From Dipteris shenzhenensis (taxonomy: Eukaryota), in the NCBI GenBank assembly GCA_047967505.1, contig CM106538.1: a stretch of 64,000 bases of DNA; one strand, given 5' to 3'. This document shows, one piece after another, positions 14,126 through 27,822 of this stretch. The notes under the pieces were generated by a model, which was given only the letters and a program-made list of their open reading frames with translations, was not told where the DNA came from and searched no databases. The translations under genes were made by a program, and so were the position numbers. Each line of letters opens with the position of its first letter. Positions within the stretch are counted from its first letter, which is position 1.

Positions 14126-15139
14126 TTTTTTTTTCTCTCTCTCTCTCTCCTTGAAAAAGACTTCTATTAAGTATGAAAAATACCCGCGTGAGCAAGCTCA
14201 CAGCGAAAATACATCATGTTGTACGTGAGGAAACCCCCCTAAAATAGGGAACAGAAAACTCAAAAAATGAGTTGGAAAGAAACCAAGGTTGAGGCTGAAA
14301 GTGCCACCTCAACCCTGCTGTAGTCTCTAAGAAAAAGGGGGAAGCCCTCAATTCCCTAAGGAATATAACCCTCTTGGCTGAGGCCATCAGTGTGTGAATG
14401 GTGTCAGCCCAAATACTGGCCAAGGTGTGCGAGGGATGGAATTGAGATCCGTCTAAGGCCTCTGTGCATCTGGCCCTCCAAATCTGCTAAGCAGTGATGC
14501 TAGCCAATATCTTCCAAGCAGTATCCCCATCAGCATATACTGGTCTATAGCGGGAGATTGGCACATCCTCCAGAGAGCAAGTTTTGACTAAGTGACGTCA
14601 AATCGAAATGGCCCAAGAAGCATCCTGCCACTCAAAGAAGTTCTAAGGCCTGACAGGGAGAGCCAAGCCACTAATCCCCATGTCATGAAGAAACAAGAAG
14701 GAGCAAAAGTATAGAGGACCCTGGCAATTCCCATCCAAATGGCTCTTCTATGCCTGTAGTCCCATAGACAACAATGAAGACAATGATGAATCGACTCAGC
14801 AGCAGACGAGCAACTAGGACAAGTGGGGTCTGCCCCAAATCTAGACCTCCACATGTTCACTACAATCCCTCCATGAATAGAAAGTCAAAAAAATAGAGTG
14901 ACCTTTCTATTTCTTGGGGATCTCCAAAGCCTCCGCCAAAAGACCCCCTACAAATCAGCAGAAACCTAATAACTCTCCCAATGAGGGGCCTTGGAAGGTC
15001 TCCAACCTCTCTAGCTGATCTGAAATTGCCGAGCGTTACTGACCGTGTAACCAAAAAAAGGAAGGACCTTCTCTTGGTTCCCTGCAACAATCCATTCCCA
15101 CTCTCTGGGGTCCCACTGAAGAAACTTTAAGCGGACTCT
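14126..15139 (-). mobile_element. L1-type LINE 3' end (zf-RVT, 3' UTR, tail), split from its RT part by the gypsy insertion
   Basis: KFLQWDPREWEW, WRSRFGADPTCPSC, WHFQPQPWFL; homologous to the LINE ends near 35200 and 57830; T-rich tail on +. Confidence 0.85.
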
Positions 15140-16453
15140 TGAAACCAGCCTTAACAAAGTAAAGGGTGGTAGGATCCACTTAATTACAGCATACACAGTA
15201 AATTGGCAAATAATTATGCACCACGGATTAAATCACAAGGGATAGAGCGCTCCTACTCAGATACAAGGACATCGATTGGCCCCAAACGTTGGCGCCCCTT
15301 GCGGTATTTATTTAACATTCATTTGAAGCCAAGCACCTGATTACAAAGGTCTCTGGGAAGCTGCACCACATGCAAACCAATGCCCGCAGACTCCTCATCC
15401 AACCCACCCCGTAATTCCTTGCTCTACTCCAAATGGTGAAATACTAGACAACCCTGTGTCCTCAGCTAACCAAAGCATGCAACAGAGGCCCCAAAAGCAT
15501 ACGCTGTCTGTGCCACACCTGCAATGCACAACCAAGTGCCCAACTAGACAGACACGGCTGAACAACTGCAAGACAAGCCCTTAACAACCAAACTCTCGTG
15601 CAATCAATCAACATAGCACTTTCAAACAGGTTGCCTCAATCTATAGCCTCTCTGGCCACTGCCGAACAACATAAATCAACCTTTCTTTGCGAGAAAAGAA
15701 ACCCAACAATAACTAGCCAGCAACCAATCAAGGAACGGCAAAAGCAGGCAAAAAGCAAGCCTTCTTCTACCCAGTATCCACAAAAGATAGGTCAACAAGG
15801 CTGGGAAACCCTAGATCTTGCAGAGAAAAGTTGATTCTGCTCTGGCACAGCCCCAAAAGCAGCTTAGAAGAGAACACCCACGCTTGGAAAGTCAGCAAGA
15901 CCTAGAAGCTCCCCAGGATCAAATCGCAAGTTCCCTGCAGAGCCTGGACATCCTGGAAAGCAAATTGCAATCTGCAACAGGCTCCTGGATCAAGTGCGAT
16001 TTCTCTTGGCAGACTCTGGATGCACTGGAACTGGCCTTGGCTGATGGCAATTTCCCCTGGCAGGCTCTAAATGCTCCTGGCAGATGTCGATTTGGCTTTG
16101 GCAGCACTTGGCAGGCTCTAGCAGATCGCAACTGATCATCTGGCTCCTCTGGAACTGATTTTGGCCTTCTACCCCCAATAACAAGGCGCTCTGCTCTTTT
16201 TGGAGTCCTGTGCTAAAATTAGGAAATTTTAATGCACTACTCCTTTTGCCCCCCTGCTGCACACTTTGGCCCGAGCAATTAATTGCCTAGTAACTGGGCG
16301 CACATTGACAATTCCCAAGGGTCCACTAGAAAATTTTAATTCCCCAAGTCCCGCCCCATGGCCGGACCCTCGTGCCTCAGAGTCTCAAGGAAATTGCACG
16401 CAAATTATGGCAGTCACAAATCAAAAGTCTCATAATTTCACATCCTCGTGATA
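15140..16453 (-). repeat. gypsy 3' LTR
   Basis: Starts tgaaaccagccttaac and aligns with 25078 onward; ends next to the polypurine tract. Confidence 0.8.
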
Positions 16454-19335
16454 GACCCCCCTCTTGAAAGGAGGCAAACGTCCTTGATTGCCTGAAAAAG
16501 AAATAATAGCAATGGAATAATCAAAAGCAAGCGAAATAACCAAAACTGAAATAGAAAAATAGCGAAATAACCAAATCTGAAAGACAGCCAACAATGCCGC
16601 CAACAGATCAACCAAGTCTGAAATGGGAGCGACCCAACAGACTAACCAAACCTGAAAGGACAGCGTACCAATGCCGCCAACATGTCAACCAACAATGAAT
16701 ATGTATATGTAGAACCATGGTAACAAATACAAAATACATTGCACATAAGATGCATCATAACCAAGTGGCTAGCACACCAATCATAGAGGCCCTAGATCCG
16801 TTTGAACTGTAAAATCAGCTCCCAATAGATAATGTTTCCAAGTGGATAAAGCATGAAGTACAGCCAACATCTCCTTCTCATAAATCTGTAAATGTAACTC
16901 AGCTAGCTGTAAAATGCGACTCTCATAAGCTACAGGATGCCTATCATGTGTGAGGACAGCTCCAATACCATTTTTACCACAAGCATCCGCATGCACATGA
17001 AAAGACTTCCTCAAGTCAGGAAAAATTAGCACCGGATCTGTTGCAAGCTTGCGCTTCAGCTCCTCAAAAGAGTCATTCTCCACTTGTGTCCGCTGAAAAG
17101 GCCTTTCCTTCTTGGAAAGTGCATGCATAGGAACTGCAATTTCTGCAAAGTGACGGATAACATGACGGTACTAGAAACACAAACCCAAGAAACTACGTAC
17201 CTCATGCAAATTCTTTGGTTGTGGCCAACTCCATATTGCTTCCACTTTAGCTGGTTTTTATACGAACCCCATCCTTGGAAACAATATGCTCCAAAAAATG
17301 AATCTCAGCCATGGAAAACTACTCTTTTTGGGGTTTATGAATAGCCTCTGCTTCCTAAGCTCAACGAACACAACCGCGAGATGCTCCCGATGCTCCTTCT
17401 CATCTTTCAAAAACACAATCATGTCATCAAAGAATGAACCTACGAAGGCTTTGTGGTCTCGAAAGATCCTGTCCATCATGCGATTGAAGGTGGCAGGGAC
17501 ATTAGTGAGTCCAAAAGGCATAACCAAAAACTCATACAACCCAAAAGAAGTCATGAACGCCGTCTTATGCACATCTTCTCGACGTATGCAAACCTGATGA
17601 TACCCACTTTTCAAATCAATGTGGCTGAAAACAGCTCCCCCCTTCAACCTATCCAGGATATCATCTATCCTGAGTATAGGGAAGCGATTCTTAATGGTGA
17701 TCTTATTCAAGGCACGGTAATCAATACACATACGCCAAGAACCATCCTTCTTCTAAATCAACAAAACTGGAGAGCAATAAGGCGATGAACTAGGCTGAAT
17801 CAGCCCCTTCTCCAAATGTTCATTTACCTTGCCCATGATCTCCTCCTACTGCATCGCAATAACTTTGTAAGGTGGTTTGTTGGGTGGACTACTGCCAGGT
17901 ATGATGTCAATCCCATGGTCCTCCGACCTTTCTGGTGGAAGCTCACTAGGCAGCTCATCAGAAAAGCAATCTGAAAATTCAGTTTGAAAACAGCCCTTTG
18001 CTTTTCCAAACAGGAAATAGTATGCTCTTCATTTACAAGGGGTATATCTCTAGCAAAAACCATGTACGCGGAAATATGGCTTTTCATTACAGAATTAATG
18101 GCACAAGCCGTTACAACTGGGACAGACTTTCCTTTTAATTTTGCATCAAATACATGGGTCTTCCCCTTATGTGAAACTGTAATTTTTCTCTTCTTGGCTT
18201 CTATCATCGCATCCCAGCGATGCATCCATGGAATACGCAACAAAACGTCACAACCTGCAAGGGGTATAATATAAAAGTATTCGTTGTCCACGAAAGACTA
18301 AATATGCAAGCACAACTTCCCTATGATAGGTGTGACAGGAGTAGTGAACTCCGGGTTAGCCATACCGGCTTCATAGCTCGGTCCCATCTCCTCCGCTTGA
18401 ATGCCCAATCTCATTGCCATCTTTGGAGAAATAAAATTGGCCTTTGCACTTGGATCAAAGAAAATAAGGGCTGTTTGATCCCGAACCTTACCCCAAGCTC
18501 TGCATAGCTCAGTTTTCTCACCCTGGGGCTGTTCACTGATCACATTAGGCATGAAGCCAGCCATGGTCTTCTGTTTCTTCCCCTTCTGATCACCTTCGCC
18601 TGCATTAGCCTTCTCCTCATTCCACTTTGGGCAATCCCGAGACATCTAACATGGTTCTTTGCATTTAAAACATCTCTTTTCTTCATAGAGAGTTTTTTGC
18701 TCCTCTAGACTCAAATATGCAGCTGCCTTTTTATTTTTTGTTGCCTCCCTACAACAAACGCAGCATTCTGACGATTAGCCTTCTTCCCTATTTTGGAAAA
18801 TCGAAACCCAGATCTCTTATCTGTGTCATCCTTCTTAGATTCCTGCTTCTGTCCACCTTTGAACCCAGAAGTCTTCCCTTGCATCAAAGCATATGCCGTG
18901 CTATCATTCTCAATGAGCGAAGACATATTAGAGACTTTAGTCTTCGTGCAGTAGTCTCTCAACTCCTTAGGCAACCGGCAGCAGTATTTCTCAGCCTGCT
19001 TAACAAAAGGAACAATCCGATAGGAGCTAACACGCAACAAGGCCCCCAAAAACTTAATGTTATACTCCTCTAAATTACAGCAATTATTGGAATTCAGCTC
19101 ATGCCAAGCAGTCATGATATCCACCTCAAAAGTCGTGGTAAGCCATGTAGCTGAAAACACTTGTTTGAAACCTACCCACGTGTTTGGTGTGGTCTTTTGC
19201 ATAAGCATAGTGGTCCACCACTGAAGTGCATTCCCCTTTAGAAACTTGCAGTCCAGCATATTTTAGATGACTCTATGAACTTCCCTCCTGTATAGGCTAC
19301 ATCAAAATGCTGCACAAAGGTCAAGGCCTTAAGTT

Positions 19336-19879
19336 TATCCTGCACTCCACTAAATGTCTCAAATTTTACTGCTGCACCAGCCTCTTTAAAGTCTTTCAAC
19401 TTCTCTTGAGGTGCCAAATTATCGTATACAGGTGCCTGGGCAAAAGGGACACCAGCACTCTCTCTATCTCCCACACCACCAGCATTGGGAAAAGCTGTAT
19501 TATTCAGACCAGCACCCATATTTCCCAAACCAAGGTTACATGCTGCTGCATTGGGCATACCTGTTTGCATCCCTGGGGATGCTCCAACATTTGCATACAT
19601 CATATTCTGTCCCATGGACTGTAAACTAGGCTGAAATCCAACTGTTTGACTAGCAGGCATACCTGGAAATTGGGCTTGTGGACTGACCATGGCCTGAAAA
19701 ACTAAACCACCACCAAAATAACCTGGTTGCACCGGGTTTGCCATAATTCCTTGCTGTCCGAAAACCATGGACTGAAAATTATTACCTTGAGTTGGCCCCG
19801 GAGTAGCATTAGACTGCTGCAGACCATAGAGGTTTTGAGAGGGCTGATCCTGAAAGCTGACATGTGGTATCTTGTTAGC
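19336..19879 (-). repeat. 544-bp gag segment duplicated at 24222-24765
   Basis: Both copies run tatcctgcactccactaaatg ... cttgttagc at a constant offset of 4886 and encode near-identical peptides. Confidence 0.95.
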
Positions 19880-20627
19880 ATGCAAGTCAAGAGTTTTGAT
19901 TTCTGAAAATTAATTTTAAGACCAGCTGCCAACCCAAAATCTGAAAGGGTATCCATCAATAGGCGAAGCTCCAAAGGACTGTTCTTTGGCATGAAGAATG
20001 AATCATTTGCATAAGCCTGTGCAATGAAAGGCCATGAACCAGAAATCTGAAGCCCCACTAACTGTCCAGTATCAACCAGATGATCCATATAAAGAAGCAA
20101 AGGATGTGAAGTAATGGCATAGAGCAAAGCACTGAGAGGGCATCCCTGTCGAACTGATCGTTCCAGAGTCCAAGACTCAGACAAATGATTCCCTATAAAG
20201 CATTGAGCAGTGGAATCTGAGTAAAGCCAATATATGACATTAACTAGCTTTGGCCCAAAACCAAGTTTAAACATGATTTGAGAGACATAATCCCATTGTA
20301 CCGTATCAAATGCCTTTGCCACATCCACCTGCATGACCAAAACATCTTGAGCTGTATATTTTGCATATTCCATTGCGATGAGAGTATTAGAGATATTGTC
20401 ATGTATATGCCTTCTTGGAACAAAACCATATTGCCTGGGATGAAGTCCATCATGAAGGATATCCTTTATCCGATGTACCAACACTTTAGCAGTAAGTTTA
20501 TGTATAACCGGCATCAAAGTGATGGGCCTCCAATCATCCATTGTCTCACATAGAGGTTTTTTGGGCACAAGCTTAACCAAACCATGCTTCCAATCTGAGG
20601 GAAGATGTTGATGTTGCCAGGCTACAG
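19880..20627 (-). mobile_element. L1-type LINE reverse-transcriptase fragment (different family)
   Basis: DWRPITLM, QYGFVP, DVAKAFDTV, SVRQGCPLS, AYAND. Confidence 0.9.
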
Positions 20628-20672
20628 TACACACACACACACACACAGATATATATATATATATATATATAT
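20628..20672. repeat. (AC)n(AT)n compound microsatellite
   Basis: Read directly from the sequence. Confidence 0.95.
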
Positions 20673-20798
20673 CCGTGCATAGACATTCGTGTATCAAATG
20701 AAATCTATCCTGGTGTACACATGAGACAATTATCGTGGTTGGATTATCGTGGTTGTGATGATAGGTGCCGTTGCAGTTCTAGACTGCTGGTGTATGAA

Positions 20799-23135
20799 TG
20801 AGAGAGAGAGAGAGAGAGAGTTTATTAAAGTCTTTGGAAGACCGATGGGTCTATGAGACTATGAGAAACTTGATACAAACAAGCTGAAGGGTGGAGCTGC
20901 TAAATGAGCATCAACACCCATGCTAAATGCTAAATGCTACAGTCATAATAACATCACTGATACCATAATAAACATCAATATCGGGATGATCATCTACATC
21001 AGCACTATCATCATGTCAAATCATATGCCATCAGAGTACGAAGTGAAAACTGATCCAGTATCACGGCTACAGCCACCCCTCCCCTCCCCCGTCAGGACGA
21101 TGGGGGAGTGGTAGCATGAAGTCAGAGATAGAATGCTGTCAGCTGTGTGTGGACGCGGTCTTGTGCTGTTGGCTTTGCGTCTGACAAGGGCTACGGTAAC
21201 CCCTGTCGGTCGCGCTCCAACTCTGAACAAGGAAGGGATGTCCCCAAATGTAATCTATGCATCCATCGTTTGTCGGATTTGTCATGTCGCTAGCTTTGGG
21301 TCACTACCGTACCGAAGGCCTGTGGGTGAGGATTGGTATGGTATGGATGGAAAAACTCAGTGATCATACTTTGAGGAGAGTCTACCAGAGTGCTCCACTC
21401 CTGTCTCTGTGATCTAAGTAGGCGCTCTCGGTGTCTATTTGCCTTGTGAATGAAGGCGGCCAAGCATATCTGGTCTAAAATTGTGAGGAAGCTGGATAAC
21501 AGCCCAGAGCTATCTCTAAACAGACAATAGGAACGGCCTCGAATCTCATAGTACACTGGGCATCTGAAAATGAAATGCTCCTCTGACTCAATTTCCTATA
21601 GGTCACACAAGGTACATATGTGCCTCTCCCTGGGTAAATCCCTCTGCCCTGTCACTCCCAATGCAAAGTCTATGTAAAGAGACCTAGAACTGCCCAATAG
21701 AGATCCTTAGTGAATGGGGTAGGTGAATCCACGTATATCATGGAGGGTTGATAAAGCCCTCCTTTGAAATGTGTAGGCAATGAACTCTGTAGAAGCTCAG
21801 CTTCACTAGGAGCTCACTCGGTTTCAACTAGGTCCGGAATGTGTGTAGCTGTAGAAGATCCTCACGTATGACCTGGCTAACCTCGTGGTACGTGAGTGGA
21901 GAAATGGCGCGTCAATGCTATATTGGAAGGGAGGAAGTCTATCCATGTGGAGCCCTAGTCGCTCGAACCACATGCTTGTGTGTGCATACCAGCATCTCTG
22001 GTCACCTGCAGCCGCTAGGGACATAGAGGAGTACAATGCTAGCCATGGTGGTCTGTGACGTCCAGATTTGCAGTCCGTGTATCCGCTGACCCGATATAGA
22101 TAAGTGATGAGCTGGAATGCTGCATCAAACTGAAATGGAGATGTCCCAAACTCAGCCTGGATGATCTGACGAGGAACCAACGGCTTATTGCGAATTGTCC
22201 GTGAGAGCATGAGAACCTGTAGGCGCTCCACAGGAGCCCATTTTGTATATGAGAGATTTGGCCCCCAACAATACATCCCCGTTGGTCGGACCAAGGAGTC
22301 AAACAGGAGGGCCTTGGTCCGAGGGTCGTGGAAATGTGAGTGGAAGCACATGTGCTGTACGAGATTCCCAGCCACTTGATAAAGAATTCCTTCAAGTGCC
22401 ATTTGTTCCAGAGTGCTACAGATGGGTTCTTGATGCTGCGATTTGATCTCTAGCCACCCATCATCACTTTCTGAAGTGTGAATTAGCCAAAGAGCCGGGA
22501 TTTGTTTTGAAAGTCGGGTTTGAGGTTTGGTTAAGGTTTCAGACCCTATGGAGAAATGTCACCGTTTAGAAGATAGCATCAATTTGAGGCGTGTCATGGG
22601 GCAAACACTGCCGCGGAACCGAAGGCTTACTCCGAATCATTTGAATTCTCATGGTCACATGTACCATTCTGGGGGAGTGAACTCTCAACGGCTTGGTCTT
22701 GCCAAGATTGACTATCAAGTCTCTCTCCTTGTAAAACACCTCTAGGGCCTCGAGATGTTCTGTAGGCCTACGACTGAGGAGGATATAAGGACTATATCAT
22801 CTGCATAGAGCAATATTTGTATCAATAAATCAAGTAGCAATGATCCCCCACCTCCCAAGCGGTCAATGAATCTCGTGATCTCATCAATGGAGAGCCCAAA
22901 GAGGGTAGGTGAGAACCGTTTCGCTCCAATCGTAGTCTCTGTTTAGTCGACCGACCTCTAGGGTCGCGTACTCTCTCTATCTGACTCATATAGACTCCTC
23001 ACCCCTCAAATCATGACTCGTGGAATCTTCATCTCTTGAAGTCTCCTAATTGTACAAACTCGTTGAATTGTGTCAAAGGCCTTTTGAAAATCTACAAAGC
23101 ACGGGTCTCCTTGGCTTTGAAATCTGTGGTATGCA
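20799..23135 (-). mobile_element. 5'-truncated RTE/RTEX-type LINE with (CT)n tail
   Basis: FVDFQKAFDTI, SPTLFGLSIDE, ILLYADD, LLFDSLVRP and C-terminal CTLCDL..E.EEHFIFRCP; ends AATAAA followed by (CT)n on - at 20826-20799. Confidence 0.85.
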
Positions 23136-23139
23136 TCTT

Positions 23140-24221
23140 TGAATTTCAAATTAGCCCTCGCTGCTCCTCTCCCCGTGAGCTCTGCTTCCCCCCCCCCCCC
23201 CCTCTCTCACCCTCCCGCTCCCCTTCCTCCTCCCCGCCCTCCCTCTCCTCCACCCCTGCCCCCTCCCTCCTTCTCCCCTGCCCACCCTCTCCCCTTACCC
23301 ACCTTCCCTCTCCCTCTTGCCAGCTCCCTCGCCCGCTCTCCCACCCGCGCCCCGCCCCCTCCTTTCCTCTCCCCCGCCCACCCTCTCCCTCGTAGCCAAC
23401 CCCCTCCCCCCCCCCCTCCCTTCATAACCCGCAGCTCCCCTCGGCCTCCTCTCCCCCGCCCCCCTCCTCCCCCCCCGCTGCTGCCTCCTCTCCTCCTCTT
23501 CCCCTCTCTCCTACCCTCTCTTGTTCTCCTTCCTCCAACGCCCGCGTTCCAGGGCGTCCTGGGCAGTAGTTCACGGATGGAATTTTTTCAGTGTTTGAAT
23601 CGGCCTCTTCACATCAATTGGCGAATGGATCCCCACTCAGCCAATCTTCGTCCAGTTCCACCGGCCGCAAGAACTATCATTTTTTCAGAAGACGAGTTGC
23701 AGCAGCTCAAGAAAGATGTGGAGCTAGAGAGCTTCACATCACCTTTTTGCCCACATCTTTGGCTAGAGACTGGATGCTGGTGGCGCTACTAGGAGATCTC
23801 GCCCCACACCTCAGAGATGTTCGACTTTTGGGACGTGGATTCTTCCAAGTGGTTTTTGACTCGCACGAGTCCACATCCCTTGTTGTCAAAGCTAATCCTT
23901 TGGCGTCGGGGAGGATTTTTCTTTTGCCCCATTGGGCTTCGATCCGGTCGAGGAGGACAGTTAGGTCACATCATTGTTCATTAGATTTCCTGGACTTCCT
24001 CATGTCTACCATCGACTTCTTGCTACTATCGGAGCCACATTCGGAGTGGACACTGAGATCCCTCCCCTTCCTGGCATGCCTTCTTCCTCGGCAAAGGCAG
24101 TCAGAGCGGACGGAGTGCCTCGAGTTAGGGTCATTGTCTCTGACCCTAACATCTCAGATGACCACATCATGCTTCAGCCCCCAAATGGCTCTCTCTTTCG
24201 ACAGAGAGTCGAGATTGCAGG
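23140..24221 (+). mobile_element. L1-type LINE 5' fragment (C-rich 5' UTR plus partial ORF1), same family as 28239-35226
   Basis: Poly-C leader, then MDPHSANLRP..., LLGRGFFQVVFD, FIRFPGLP; truncated at RVEIAG. Confidence 0.9.
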
Positions 24222-25059
24222 TATCCTGCACTCCACTAAATGTCTCAAATTTTACTGCTGCACCAGCCTCTTTAAAGTCTTTCAACTTCCCTTGAGGTGC
24301 CAAATTATCATATACAGGTGCCTGGGCAAAAGGGACACCAGCACTCTCTCTATCTCCCACACCACCATCATTGGGAAAAGCTGTATTATTCAGACCAGCA
24401 CCCATATTTCCCAAACCAAGGTTACATGCTGCTGCATTGGGCATACCTGTTTGCATCCCTGGGACTGCTCCAACATTTGCATACATCATATTCTGTCCCA
24501 TGGGCTGTAAACTAGGCTGATTTCCAACTGTTTGACTAGCAGGCATACCTGGAAATTGGGCTTGTGGACTGACCATGGCCTGAAAAACTAAACCAGCCCC
24601 AAAATAACCTGGTTGCACCGGGTTCGCCATAATTCCTTGCTGTCCGAAAACCATGGACTGAAAATTATTACCTTGAGTTGGCCTCGGAGTAGCATTAGAC
24701 TGCTGCAGACCATAGAGGTTTTGAGAGGGCTGATCCTGAAAGCTGACATGTGGTCTCTTGTTAGCTTCAACATCCCTATCCCTATCCCCATCATCCGGCT
24801 TCCTTTTCTTCGGATGCACTGCCCTGAATAAATCCACATCCGATCATCTTGATGCTCAGCAACATACTGGGACTCCTCTCTTGGACCCTCATCATCATCA
24901 TGAGATTGAGACATCCGCTCTTCCTCTTCCTCTCCAGTAAGACTCAGAGATCTCTCCCTGAGAGACATATTTACTGAATAGTATGCTATCCTCTTCGCCT
25001 AGTCTGTTGGACTTGCACCAAGCCAACTATAGGCTCCCCTCTTGAAGAAGTTAGGTGGA

Positions 25060-25076
25060 TCCCAGAAATGGAACCA
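25060..25076 (-). promoter_or_regulatory. probable primer-binding site (tRNA-Glu-like)
   Basis: TGGTTCCATTTCTGGGA directly inside the 5' LTR; resembles the complement of the plant tRNA-Glu 3' end as I recall it (TGGTTCCGTTGCCGGGA). Confidence 0.55.
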
Positions 25077-25077
25077 C

Positions 25078-25970
25078 TAAAACCAGCCTTAACAACGTAA
25101 AGGGTGGTAGGATCGAATTAATTACAGCATACACAGTAAATTGGCAAATAATTATGCACCACAAATTAAATCACAAGGGAGCTAGAGCACTTCTACTCAG
25201 ATACAAGGACACCGATTGGCCCCAAACATTGGCACCCCTTGCGGTATTTATTTAACATTCATCTGAAGCCAAGCCGTTGATTTCAAAGGTCTCTGGAAAG
25301 CTGCACCACAGGCAAACCAACGCCCACAAACTCCCAGTCTAGCCCACCCTGTAATTCCTTGCTCGACTCCAAATGGTGAAATACTAGACAACCCTGTGTC
25401 CTCAGCTAACCAAGCATGCAACAGAGGCCCAAAAGCATCTGTGCCACACCTGCAATGCACAACCAAGTACCCAACCAGCCAGACAGGGCTGAACAACTAC
25501 AAGACAAGCCCTCAACAGCCAAACTCTCGTGCAATCAATCAACACAGTACTTCCAAAACAGGTTGCCTCAATCTATAGCCTCTGTGGAAACTGCCCAATA
25601 GCACAAATCAACCTTTCTTTGCGATAAAAGAAACCCAAATGCAATAACTAGCCAGCAACCAATCAGGGAATGACAAAAGCAAGCAAAAAGCAAGCCTTCT
25701 TCTACCCAATATCCACAGAAGATAGGCCACAGGGGCTGAAAAACCCTAGATCCTGCAAAGAAAAGCTGATTCTGCTCTGGCACAACCCCAAAAGCAGCTT
25801 AGAAGAGAACACCCACGCCTGGAAAGTTACCAAAAGCAGCAGCAACACCTAGAAGCTCCCCAAAATCAAATTGCAAGTTCCCTGAAGAGCCTAGACAGCC
25901 TGGAAAGCAAATCGTAATCTGCAATAGGCTCCTGGATCAGGTGCAATTTCGCTTGGCAAGCTCTGGATGC
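25078..25970 (-). repeat. gypsy 5' LTR (outer end truncated)
   Basis: Aligns with 15140-~16025, then switches abruptly to LINE RT sequence. Confidence 0.8.
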
Positions 25971-26720
25971 TCAAGGTATTCCAAGCTACTCTTGCAATAG
26001 TGCCGGTAGTGCCATCTAGCCCACTCCATAAAAAACTCATAATAGGCCTTATGAGCTGACAACCACCACTCTGGAGGCAAGGTCCAATCTAGCTGAACTC
26101 CAGAAAAGGAGTTTCTTCCTAATGCTCTCCAACACAGAGTTTCCTCCTAATGCTCTCCAACACAGGAGCAAAGTGATGCGATGAAGAGATACCCAAACTG
26201 ACCTAGCATCCTAGGTATCTGACTGACACATCCCTCTGAATCCATGTGAAATCCAAATCAGCCCCCCAATCTGGAGTGTCATCGTCACAGATCCAAAAGC
26301 CATTGTCATTGTTCCAATTGATGTGAGCACCTACTGCAGTACAAAACAAATCCAAAGCTGTCCTGAAGGAAGTGAGTCTAAGGAGAGGCCTCCACGAAGA
26401 TAGCAATGTCATTTGCTAACTCGTAATCCACGAGGTCCTCTTCCCATCTCAGTGAAAGTCTGAAGACTAAGCCCAAGAATGTCAGCTCGAGACCTAAGAA
26501 AAATATTCATAGCCTCAGCCACAAAGAGGAAAAGAAAAGGGGAAAGAGGGCACCCCTGACGGACTGATTTGGAAGTCTGAAGTATGTCTCCCCTAACCCT
26601 CCTATGAGCACCTGTCTGTGGGCCCTGTACAAGGCTGAGACCCCTCTGATCCATGGATCTGAAAAACCAAAGTGATGAAGGCTGCCCTCCAAGAAGTCCC
26701 AATCTTGTAGCCTGTGAATC
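25971..26720 (-). mobile_element. L1-type LINE RT fragment (upstream part of the 14126-15139 element)
   Basis: SVRQGCPLSPFLFLFVAEA, VRYLGC, FLWSGLDG; same family and orientation as 14126-15139. Confidence 0.85.
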
Positions 26721-26916
26721 ATGGAAATACATGCCCTGTTTGGTCCGTAGGATGTTCATGTTCATCAAAGTATCTCTCTTCCTAGGAAAATGTTGTGCAT
26801 CCTATGCCAGCACTATATGCAGGCTTTTTAAAAAGTTTTTCAAATCCACGTGCAAATCTTAAAAACTCACAAAGTCTTAACTTGCCATCGACAAGAAGTG
26901 AGCAGTTTCAATAGCA

Positions 26917-26989
26917 GGCTCCCCCCAGAAGCAAAGGCTCCCCCCAGAAGCAAAGGCTCTTTATAGCAAAGGCTCCCCCCAGAAGCAAA
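26917..26989. repeat. short tandem repeat, three copies of GGCTCCCCCCAGAAGCAAA
   Basis: Read directly from the sequence. Confidence 0.85.
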
Positions 26990-27741
26990 TGATTGCCAGA
27001 GGAACAAAGCTGGAAATGGACCAATGGGAAATTGTTACTTCTCTGACTGCCAATTTGTGCATTTGATTTGTGAATATAAACAGCATAGACCACATTATTT
27101 GAAGGTGGCTGCCCTGGATGCTACCTTCCTCATGTGGATTTGAGATTATGTGACAACTGCTTTCTCGTTGCTTTTACAAAGATAATCACAAAACTCTCCC
27201 ATGGGAAAATGATGTTGCAGCCCCGAGGTGGAAATCCAACCAGCTGCTTTTATCTTTCTTCCTTTTCACGCACACAGAAATGTTAGCTGCATCCGAGCAT
27301 TTTAGGACTAACAGATTAATTGGAGCATAAGGTGGAGTCCTCAAGAAGAGCTGCAAAAGCATTTTTTATCACAACCTTTACAGTCACCTCTTCAGACCTG
27401 CAGGACAAAGGAGGCCTCATTTTGCTATTAAATAGGTTAGCATGATGTTGGCTAGCTTCCTCACATACTTGATGACTTGCTCAGGTCAGATTCTGGATCT
27501 TTCAATTGTGGTTAATTGTATGTATTTTGCATCAAAGAAGGTATCTTCCAAAGATGCAAAAGCCCATTCAGTGCAGAAAATATGTGTAAGCAGAGGAGTA
27601 CATGTAAATTTGCTGAGACAGTAGTTGGGCAACCAATCAGCCTCAGCCTCTTAAACGAAAAGGGGCACACAAAAAGGATACAAGCACACCTATGCATTCC
27701 GATTCACCATTTTTTCTTTTGTTCCCACAGATATCCCTTAC

Positions 27742-27822
27742 CTGTCCTGAACTAATGAGAGTGAGCAAAGCCCAAGACGTATTGACAATATGTGGCCGGT
27801 CATTTGGTAGGTTCGTGTACAC
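27742..27822 (-). CDS. CAS1: oxidosqualene cyclase exon
   Basis: cag|[27 protein letters not shown]|gtaag, 81 nt, phase 0/0. Confidence 0.95.

Larger units (their letters stand above)
15140..25970 (-). mobile_element. Ty3/gypsy LTR retrotransposon, integrase-deleted, with an internal duplication and insert
   Basis: 3' LTR 15140-~16453 matches 5' LTR 25078-~25970 (outer end truncated). PPT AAGAGGGGGG ~16456-16465. Gag from 24968 down to 18600, protease FDPSAKANF, RT MCIDYRALNK..FFDD, RNase H VAYESR..EKEMLAV. Confidence 0.9.

Noticed and set aside
19702-20697. 331-aa ORF as a gene
   Set aside because: Chimera of a microsatellite, an L1 RT fragment and out-of-frame gag sequence
26917-26989. 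Short repeats with a spacer, superficially CRISPR-like
   Set aside because: Adjacent tandem units without unique regular spacers; eukaryotic context with no cas genes
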